From Macrostomum hystrix (Eukaryota > Animalia > Platyhelminthes), in contig CATNEN010000038.1 of NCBI GenBank assembly GCA_950097015.1, positions 19,468,001 through 19,532,000 on the forward strand: a stretch of DNA of 64,000 bases, read 5' to 3'. The notes under the pieces are model-generated. The model made no database searches, had not been told where the DNA came from, and worked only from the letters and a program-made list of their open reading frames with translations. This document shows positions 37,401-64,000 of the stretch, in pieces; within the stretch, counting starts at the first letter, position 1; every line of letters starts with the position of its first letter. The position numbers and the translations under genes are program-made.

Positions 37401-39615
37401 GCCCCGCGAGACCGCTGGCTATATCCGCTCCGTGAGACTGATTGTTGCACGCCCCAACTGTCTGTGGTCCAAAAGTATACAATGCCAGTGATAAACGGCT
37501 ATTCGTACTGCAAAGTTTTAAACCTCGGGCGCTACGCGCCCTCGGTTAAAAACATTGCAGCACTCATAGCCGTTTATTACTATATCATTATTGCACGGAT
37601 AAGTTATAACTTTCCAACTTCCTGCCAAGGTTCTTCAAAGTCACCAAAAAACTCATTCTCTGTAATGATGTTGAATGCCGAAATGAAAAGCGAAAGAGAC
37701 CTGTTTGAATGCACAGCAAGCTCGCTGGCGAGTATAAACCTCCGTTCACATTCTTCAAAGTCCCATAGAAAATGCGTAGCACAAACGCCGGCGCAGAGCG
37801 TTCACATGTCGTGATGTCAGCTTGAATGGATGAACACTACCATAGACGAAACGATAAGAAATTGAGAAAAACTTAAGGACGGCGGCATTGATGCACGGAC
37901 AGAGAAACGAAACGTAACTAAACCACGGCTGGCAGTGTGGCAACGCTTCACCCTTCAGTTCAATAATTTTGCATTCAATTCAAGACTAGCATTCTGAGCC
38001 TTTCTCGTGACCAGAAATTCTATGTCTATGGCAAAATCCTCCACTTTTTGGATTCAATTCAAGAGTTGCAGACTTCAGAGCGTTCAAATCGATTTTTTAC
38101 TCCCAGTAAGGAAGGAAAAGTGGAAAGGATGGATAGGAATATTTGACGAAACAGAATCACAACACAAGCCTCTAGGAAACGAAGAATAGATAGAAACGTG
38201 TTTCTTTTTTTCAAATAAATTGCCTTGGCGACGATGTCAGGGATCCACTCTGTAAAAGTCGAAATTTAAAAAACGTGATTCAGCGGAATGGGACATAAAG
38301 AGGTGAAAAAGCAAATTTAGCTTGCCAGGCATAACTCTATACTGCATTCTCTCGTGCATGGCTGCAAAGGAGAAAAAGACAGATGAGGCAAAATGAATAT
38401 TAGCACAATGGGAAGGGATCCAATGATTAATGTTTTTCCACTGACTGACTGCTGACAGAACAATGGAGGGTAGAGATGGGAACGAGCGATGTGAAAGATT
38501 TTATTGTGATTTTTTGCCCGCAATTATGCCTTCAAAGCCATCTATTCAGCCCTTTTATTTGTTTTTCTGCTCAGCAATAGACATTATTGAGTTAGTTTAA
38601 AATTAACTTTCTGTCCTAGTTTAGTTGAATACGCTGCAAATATACGCATAACGGATATGAGAATTAGAATAGGAAAACATAAGTCAGGGAATCATGTGAG
38701 TCAGGGAAACATGTGGGTCAGGGAAACATGTGAGTCAGGGAATCATTTGGGTCAGGGAAACATGTGGGTCAGGGAATCATATGGGTCAGGGAAACATGTG
38801 GGTCAGGGAATCATATGGGTCAGGGAAACATGTGGGTCAGGGAATCATTTGGGTCAGGGAAACATGTGGGTCAGGGAAACATGTGGGTCAGGGAAACATG
38901 TGGGTCAGGGAATCATATGGGTCAGGGAAACATGTGGGTCAGGGAATCATTTGGGTCAGGGAAAAATGTGGGTCAGGGAAACATGTGGGTCAGGGAAACA
39001 TGTGGGTCCGGGAATCATGTGAGTCAGGGAAACATGTGGGTCAGGGAATCATGTGGGTCAGGGAATCATGTGGGTCAGCGAATCATGTGGGTCAGGGAAA
39101 CATGTGGGTCAGCGAATCATTTGGGTCAGGGAAACATTTGGGTCAGGGAATCATTGGGTCAGGGAATCATTTGGGTCAGGGAAATATGTGGGTCAGAGAA
39201 TCATTTGGGTCAGGGAATCATTTGGATCTGGGAAACATGTGGGTCAGGGAAACATGTGGGTCAGCGAATCATGTGGATCAGGGAAACATTTGGGTCAGGG
39301 AATCATTTGGGTCAGGGAGAAAAATAAAGTTCTGCAGCACTCACCTGAAAAGCTTCTAGCGAGGTCTGCAAATTCTCTTGCATACTCCAGAGAATACGCG
39401 CCAAACGGATTGTACAGCAGCAGGAGCCAGTTGGTATTGACCTTTTTACCATAGACAGTGTTGGGCAGCTGGTCGAAATTCAGATGCAGCACGCCGCTAC
39501 GTGGCGACTTCAATACGTCGAAGTCAGCCTCGCTGGGCTCTGAGCAGGCGGCAGTTGATTTCAACAGTGCGTGAGCTTTGAGCAGCAGCAACAGCAGCAG
39601 CAGCAGTCGCAGCAT
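34463..39615 (-). CDS. QSOX (quiescin sulfhydryl oxidase)-like protein lacking redox-active CxxC motifs, ~616 aa. Exons 39615-39345, 36830-36584, 35795-34463
   Basis: Splice phases match (TCAG|gtgagt ... gtcag|CC; AATGT|gtgagt ... ctacag|G) giving 617 codons. Signal peptide; Trx1-like NWLLLLYNPFGAYS..LARSFSAWPSYLRLAAMD..GLPTLLF; Trx2-like FLSRRVILD; Erv-like LLQLWRLHNR..FPSARQCPGC..VFIFLLRWYG; C-terminal TM helix. Domain order matches QSOX. Homology judged by eye. Confidence 0.72.
36462..36545 (+). mobile_element. SINE family A fragment (3' part)
   Basis: CTCAGGAGTCAGCGGAATGGGCAGAATTGCCTCCTCG...CTAGTGTCACCAAA, shared with 51380-51445 and 61262-61375. Confidence 0.7.
37490..37577. mobile_element. 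Palindromic hairpin element, possible Crypton-type terminus or MITE
   Basis: ATAAACGGCTAT..TGCAAAGTTTTAAAC pairs with GTTAAAAACATTGCA..ATAGCCGTTTAT around a central CTCGGGCGCTACGCGCCCTCG. Confidence 0.6.
37630..37800 (-). pseudogene. Frameshifted fragment resembling the N-terminal helical region of Crypton tyrosine-recombinase (DUF3504-associated) proteins
   Basis: LRIFYGTLKNVNGGLYSPASLLCIQTGLFR, then after a frameshift FNIITENEF, matches the recalled pattern L..FY..v.k.dG..YsP.SL..i..gi.R...nIitd.EF. Confidence 0.5.
38680..39318. repeat. 17-bp minisatellite (GGGTCAGGGAAACATGT) in intron 1 of the QSOX-like gene
   Basis: Direct periodicity; source of the repetitive ORFs at 38657-39454. Confidence 0.93.
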
Positions 39616-41227
39616 GGCTACTGAACAATTAACGTCATGTTTGAAGGATGTCAATTGTTTTTGACATGCCGAACTCGAAATCTAAATTTATCGGTGGATT
39701 TGAAATTTCAGCTCAGTTTTCTAAGATAGCGGCTTATTATACACAAACAAGTAGCATTTCCTGCATAAATTTCCGTGCAGTGTACAGAAATGTGCAGCAA
39801 AGCTATTTGCTAAAATATGACAGGCCTTATGTGCACAGGGCCGCGTGTCATTGGTTGGTTGCGAAACAACTGCAGGAAGGACAGGAAACTGAGGTTGGGT
39901 CGGGAGTGGAGGGTCATCGGAAAGGGGAAGGATGTTAGGAGGGTGTGAAATTAGCTAGACAGCAAGCTCCAGCAGATTCTGAAGCGGCGTCAAGCTGAAA
40001 GCAAAGTAGAGTTCATATTTACACTTTCTAAGAACTATAAGTAAAATAACTTTTGATTTAAAAGGTGCTCAAGCTAACTTTTAAACGCTTACCCGACTCA
40101 CGTAAAAGGATGGAGTATCCAAATCCAAATAGATCCAAAGTCTATTGGAATTTTCGAAAGTAAATTTTTCTAAATTAAGTATAAGTTATTTCCGCTTAGT
40201 TATTTATTTGGTCTCGTCTTCGCCTCGGCCAAGAAACGAGTCCTCTGCCATTAATTCAGACCATAGACTAAATAAACGGAAATAATATATGTATCCCCCC
40301 GACTTGCCCCGGGCAGTTGTCTATGTTTTTAAGCTTTTCATTTATTTGCACTAGCGCAATAAACTATTTATTTCACTTTGCATCGATGCAAATAAATTAA
40401 CTATAACACAGAACTATAACACAACCATAGACAAACAGAATTAAACGAGCGAACGAATCAATAATCAGTAATGATAAAAATAAAATTGTTTGTTTGCCCG
40501 TTTCAAGTTAGGGATACATATCATATTCCCCACTCATTTAGTTGTCTCGGCTTCGCCTCGGTCAATAAACGAGACACCTCGTGCTTTTGCCCGCCAGACA
40601 ACAAAATAAATGGGGAATATTATACATTTATACCCCGTTCGGTATGTTGGCTGCTAGCGGGGATGAGGGGGGGGGCAGATTGTAGTTAGCCTAGGCGTGT
40701 TGAAACGAGGTTGAAACTAACGGCAGCCCGCCCTCTGCTGTTGTCTATGGTCGAATTCCATAGATATGCACTGCGGGCAGGCCGTGAAACGCGTTTCACG
40801 CCCGCTAACTACAACACCAATATGGATAGGCTGCTCGCTTCAGCCCTCTGCAGCCCTTAAATATTGGTATATTGTTCGGTGGGGGAAGCAACGCTGGGGT
40901 CTATTAAAACCATAGACGAAATAATTATTTAAATAATCGTTATTCGTGCGTCAATTTTTTTGCGATTAAATCCTAAAGCTTGGCCCGGCCCACGAGATTG
41001 CTCTACTAAAACTGTTTACAGTAACTGTGACCATAGACTATATGTTTAATAGGCCTAGGCCAGTTAAATAATAAATACATAGAATTAATAGCCAATAGGC
41101 CGGGCAAAGCTGGGGATTAAATAAACAATTTGTCTCCTAAATGACTAACAAGCTGCCATAGACAAAATTATAGAATCACCCTGGGTGTACTTTTAGCTTT
41201 TCCTTGAACTTCGGAGCAGAAGGCCTT

Positions 41228-41420
41228 AAGGCCACATTCAGTTTGGGCGCAGCCGCGTAGAGAAGGCTTGGGGGTTTGTCGTGCAAGTCACACACATGAG
41301 GGCCAACCCCAAAAGTGAAAGTGAAAGTCAGGGCAGATGTACACACCTGTGTGAGTGTGTGCTCAGGAGTCAGCGGAATGGGCAGAACTGACTCCTCGCT
41401 GGCTGCAGTGCCCAGAGTCC
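41228..41420 (+). mobile_element. SINE family A, 5'-truncated copy
   Basis: GGCCACATT..GGCGCAGCCGC..GAGAAGGCTTG..GAAAGTCAGGGCAGATGTACACACCTGTGTGAG matches the other copies. Confidence 0.75.
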
Positions 41421-41463
41421 TCTTGCGAATATACAATAAGCGTTATTCATGTTAATGACACGA

Positions 41464-42053
41464 TAATTGAATACGCAGGTCATAACCCTGGAATTGAATG
41501 CGTAGGTCATAACCCTGGAATTGAATGCACGTTATATTGCATTTTCATGCAATTCTAGGTAGGTCATAGGTCATAGAAGCGTAGGTCATAACCCTGGAAT
41601 TGAATTCGTAGGTCATAACCCTGGAATTGAATGCGCAGGTCATAACCCTGTAATTGAATGCGTAGGTCATAACCCTGGAATTGAATGCGTAGGTCATAAC
41701 CCTGGAATTGAATGCGTAGGTCATAACCCTGGAATTGAATGCGTAGGTCATAACCCTGGAATTGAATGCGTAGGTCATAACCCTGGAATTGAATGCGTAG
41801 GTCATAACACTGTAATTGAATGCGTAGGTCATAACCCTGGAATTGAATGCGCAGGTCATAACCCTGGAATTAAATGCGCAGGTCATAACCCTGGAATTGA
41901 ATGCGCAGGTCATAACCCTGGAATTGAATGCGCAGGTAATAACCCTGGAATTGAATGCGCAGGTAATAACCCTGGAATTGAATGCGCAGGTAATAACCCT
42001 GGAATTGAATGCGCAGGTAATAACCCTGGAATTGAATGCGCAGGTAATAACCA
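41464..42053. repeat. 30-bp minisatellite (AACCCTGGAATTGAATGCGYAGGTCAT-type)
   Basis: Direct periodicity of 27-30 bp; gives the repetitive NSRVMTYAF ORF. Confidence 0.9.
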
Positions 42054-42614
42054 CTTTGTATAGCATTTTTAGGACAAATTTCTTTAGGAAAAAGCACTCC
42101 TTTCTAGATATATTTCCTTCAGTGTCTCTGTTTTCCTTTCATAGCGTGTAGTGCTCACCTCAACCCGTGTCTAGTTCTTGACACGGGTCAATCAACCAAT
42201 TCTAAACCAATTCAAACAGTTTATTGACATGCCAGAGCAACTGACTATGCAACTGGAATTTCGTCAATATAAGAGTTGCATTCAACATAAGGCAGAACTC
42301 TAAGGCATCTGAAGTCAAGTGTAACCCCTTTGTTTCAAGGCTGTCTTGTTTAAAAGCAGCAGCAGCAGAAGTAGCTTTTCATACCCTCCAATATACGCTA
42401 AAAACATCTCCTAGACGTAAAAGTTTTTCCTTGGACTGTACAATACTGACTGTACAATATTATTCTGCAGCTGTGCATAGCTAGCATAAAATATTCATGA
42501 AGCCCGACGTGAGGATTCCTGAAAAAAGTCAGAAAAAGTCAGAAAAAATCGCACGTTGTACGACTTTGCCAGCGCGATGCATTAAATATTAATGAGCATA
42601 AGAATAAGCATAAA

Positions 42615-44425
42615 AAATTGAGGGGATAATTTAGGAGCTGAAGGGAAAATTTAGAATCCAAGGGGATAATTTAGAAGCTCAAGGGGAATTTAAGAATCTG
42701 AGGGGATAATTTGAGAGCTGAAAGAAAAATGAAGAAACTGAGGAGATAATTTAGGAGCAAAAGGAAAATTAAGAAACTGAGGGGATAATTTTAGCGATAT
42801 GGGCGGCATCAGCCGCCTCCTCGCTGCGTCCGTCATGGAGGCTCCCTGCCGCTAAGAGGGGATAATTTAGGAGCTGAAGGGAAATTTTTGAATCTGAGGT
42901 GATAATTTAGGAGCTGAAAGGAAAATTTTGAATCTGAGGGGATAATTTAGGAGCTGAAGGGAAAATTTTGAATCTGAGGGGATAATTTAGGAGCTGAAAG
43001 GAAAATTTTGAATCTGAGGGGATAATTTAGGAGCTAAAAGGGCAATTAAGAATCTGAGGGGATAATTTAGGAGCTGAAAGGAAAATGAAGAAACTGAGGG
43101 GATAATTTAGGAGCTGAAGGGAAAATTTGGAATCAGAGGGGATAATTTAGGAGCTGAAAGGAAGATTTAGAATCTGAGGGGATAAGTTAGGAGTTGAAGG
43201 GAAAATTTTGAATCTGAGGGGATAATTTAGGAGCTAAAAGGGCAATTAAGAATCTGAGGGGATAATTTAGGAGCTGAAAGGAAAATTAAGAAACTGAGGG
43301 GATAATTTAGGAGCTGAAGGGAAAATTTGGAATCAGAGGGGATAATTTAGGAGCTGAAAGGAAGATTTAGAATATGAGGGGATAAGTTAGGAGCTGAAGG
43401 GAAAATTTTAAATCTGAGGGGATAATTTGGGAGCTGAAAGGAAAATTAAGAACTGGGGGGGTAATTTGGAAGCTGAAGGAAAATTTAAGAAACTGGGGGG
43501 TAATTTGGAAGCTGAAGAGAAAATTAAGAAACTGAGGGGATAATTTAGGAGCTGAAGGGAAATTAAGAATCTGAGGGGATAATTTGGAAGCTGAAGGAAA
43601 ATTTAAGAAACTGAGGGGATAATTTGGAAGCTGAAGGAAAAATTAAGAAACTGAGGGGATAATTTGGAAGCTGAAGGAAAAATTAAGAAACTGGGGGGGG
43701 GGTAATTTAGAAGCTGAAGGAAAAATTAAGAAACTGAGGGGATAATTTGGAAGCTGAAGGAAAAATTAAGAAACTGGGGGGGGTAATTTGAAAGCTGAAG
43801 GAAAAATTAAGAAACTGAGGGGATAATTTGGAAGCTGAAGGAAAATTTAAGAAACTGAGGGGATAATTTGGAAGCTGAAGGAAAAATTAAGAAACTGAGG
43901 GGATAATTTGGAAGCTGAAGGAAAAATTAAGAAACTGGGGGGGGGGTAATTTGAAAGCTGAAGGAAAAATTAAGAAACTGAGGGGATAATTTGGAAGCTG
44001 AAGGAAAATTTAAGAAACTGAGGGGATAATTTGGAAGCTGAAGGAAAAATTAAGAAACTGAGGGGATAATTTGGAAGCTGAAGGAAAAATTAAGAAACTG
44101 AGGGGATAATTTGGAAGCTGAAGGAAAAATTAAGAAACTGAGGGGATAATTTGGAAGCTGAAGGAAAAATTAAGAAACTGAGGGGATAATTTGGAAGCTG
44201 AAGGAAAAATTAAGAAACTGGGGGGGGGGTAATTTGAAAGCTGAAGGAAAAGTTAAGAAACTGAGGGGATAATTTGGAAGCTGAATGAAAAATTAAGAAA
44301 CTGAGGGATAATTTGGAAGCTGAAGGAAAAATAAAGAAGCTGAGGGGATAATTTTGTAATCTGGATATTTTGGAAAATTTTGGATATTTTGTATAATCTG
44401 GAAATAGAGGGGATATTTTGGAAAC
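42615..44425. repeat. ~40-bp minisatellite (GAGGGGATAATTTGGAAGCTGAAGGAAAAATTAAGAAACT)
   Basis: Direct periodicity with gradual drift in unit sequence along the array. Confidence 0.92.
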
Positions 44426-44949
44426 TGATGAACGTTGTTCCAAAGTATATAAATTTTTCATCCACTTATCCCCACATCGCCATAAACAGGGGAGAATTTT
44501 CGAAAATTTAGATCTAACAAGAAGTAAAAAAGACAGATAAATTAAAAACTTACTATTTATGTTTACTCATAAGCCATTAAATTTCTAGTTTATATTATAA
44601 TGGTCTCATTAATTCCAGCACATACAGCACACAAAGCGCATGTACGCAAATATAACCACAAAAAGACTGTCAAAAAAAAGAATTTTTGTGATTGGTTTCA
44701 GCACCAATGAAAAATCTATGAAAACACTTAGGAGGCTACTTAAAGTACGCACAAGACGTTATGATAAGAAATATTTTATTAGAAAAAAGTATTGAAAAAA
44801 GACACAAAAAGCAGAATGCAACGATATGGGAATTTAAGACCACGAGCTTGTAGGGATAAAGTAGGGATAAATAAAAAAGAAATGAGCATTTTGTGTAGTT
44901 AGATGTAAGTAGTCACAAATGGCATCTTAATTATTATCGCGATCTAGAA

Positions 44950-45133
44950 AAGCCATAAAAATATTTACCAGTTGTTTACTTACGAGACAAGAAGCCATAA
45001 AAATGTTTACCAGTTGTTTACTTACGAGACAAGAAGCCATAAAAATATTTACCAGTTGTTTACTTACGAGACAAGAAGCCATAAAAATATTTACCAGTTG
45101 TTTACTTACGAGACAAGAAGCCATAAAAATGTT
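44950..45133. repeat. ~42-bp tandem repeat, ~4 copies
   Basis: AGCCATAAAAATRTTTACCAGTTGTTTACTTACGAGACAAGA repeated. Confidence 0.9.
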
Positions 45134-45387
45134 CAGTCAGGTGTACGACGGATTAAAACAAAAATCGTAAATCACAAAAAACTTCCAAGCTGATTTTCGG
45201 ATGCACAGAATTGGAAGCTGTGTTATATAGTAATTTTGTTGACAAAAATGTACTAAAAAAGGTTCTAAATTTATTAATAAAAAAGAGGATTTTTAGGAAC
45301 TGAAAAAATGGCGAATAAAGTGTTGATATGTGGACGTGGAAATGTGGAAAATGTGTAGGGAAAACTAGCGGTTATTAACAAGGTTTT

Positions 45388-45792
45388 TGAGGTCATGGTG
45401 GGGTAATGAGGTCAGTTTGGGGTAATGAGGTCAGGTTGGGGTAATGAGGTCAGGTTGGGGTAATGAGGTCAGGTTGGGGTAATGAGGTCAGGTTGGGGTA
45501 ATGAGGTCAGGTTGGGGTAATGAGGTCAGGTTGGGGTAATGAGGTCAGGTTGAGGTAATGCGGTCAGGTTGGGGTAATGAGGTCAGGTTGGGGTAATGAG
45601 GTCAGGTTGGGGTAATGAGGTCAGGTTGGGGTAATGCGGTCAGGTTGGGGTAATGCGGTCAGGTTGGGGTAATGAGGTCATGACCGTGGGGTAATGAGAT
45701 CAGGGTGGGGTAATGAGGTCAGGTTGGGGTAATAATTTCATGACCGTGGGGTAATGAGATCAGGGTGGGGTAATCAGGACAGTGGGGTAATA
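45388..45792. repeat. 19-bp G-rich minisatellite (GGGGTAATGAGGTCAGGTT)
   Basis: Direct periodicity. Confidence 0.92.
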
Positions 45793-46039
45793 GAGAGATA
45801 ATATGCTATACTGTAGTATAATTAAATTTAGTCTACTAAAGTAACTAAATTACTAAATAAGAAATAAATATGTATGCATGCTACTTACTATACTACTTTG
45901 AAGTACTACGGGTACAAATTTTACGTGTATAAACCAATACATTAATTCGTAACAATCCAAAAATTTAGTTGATAAAAATTCATGTGATTTAGACAGTGTA
46001 TGAAAATAATCGATTTACTGGCCAGTTAATAGAACCGGT

Positions 46040-63767
<17,728 letters not shown>

Positions 63768-63805
63768 CTGTGCAGTGCGGACGGGTTTAGAGAGCTTTTA
63801 TGGCT

Positions 63806-64000
<195 letters not shown>

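Noticed and set aside
38657-39454. GSGNHVGQG repeat ORFs
   Set aside because: 17-bp minisatellite open in several frames, antisense within an intron.

Overview
Animal genomic DNA with GT-AG introns, SINEs and very dense minisatellites; the style suggests a free-living flatworm such as Macrostomum, which is inference only. The dominant feature is an apparently intact 25.4-kb foldback DNA transposon (7089-32448) bounded by an 8-bp target-site duplication (ATAAAGTG). Its inverted arms (11.2 kb and 8.4 kb) each consist of a ~470-bp unique terminus plus ~63 and ~47 copies of a 170-bp satellite. They enclose one 1602-codon ORF: a Mutator-class (NOF/Rehavkus-like) DDE transposase fused to a Ulp1-type SUMO-protease domain and a PHD finger. 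Three host genes lie on the minus strand. (1) A 3-exon single-pass membrane protein (1200-5217). (2) A 3-exon QSOX-like protein whose redox CxxC motifs are lost, i.e. a probable pseudoenzyme (34463-39615). (3) A long-type ABCC1/MRP1-like transporter (46040 to beyond 63767) with a pair of duplicated, probably mutually exclusive exons for the TM10-TM11 substrate-contacting region. Also present are two tRNA-derived SINE families (one with a CORE domain), a decayed Crypton-like fragment with hairpin elements, and a different minisatellite in most introns.
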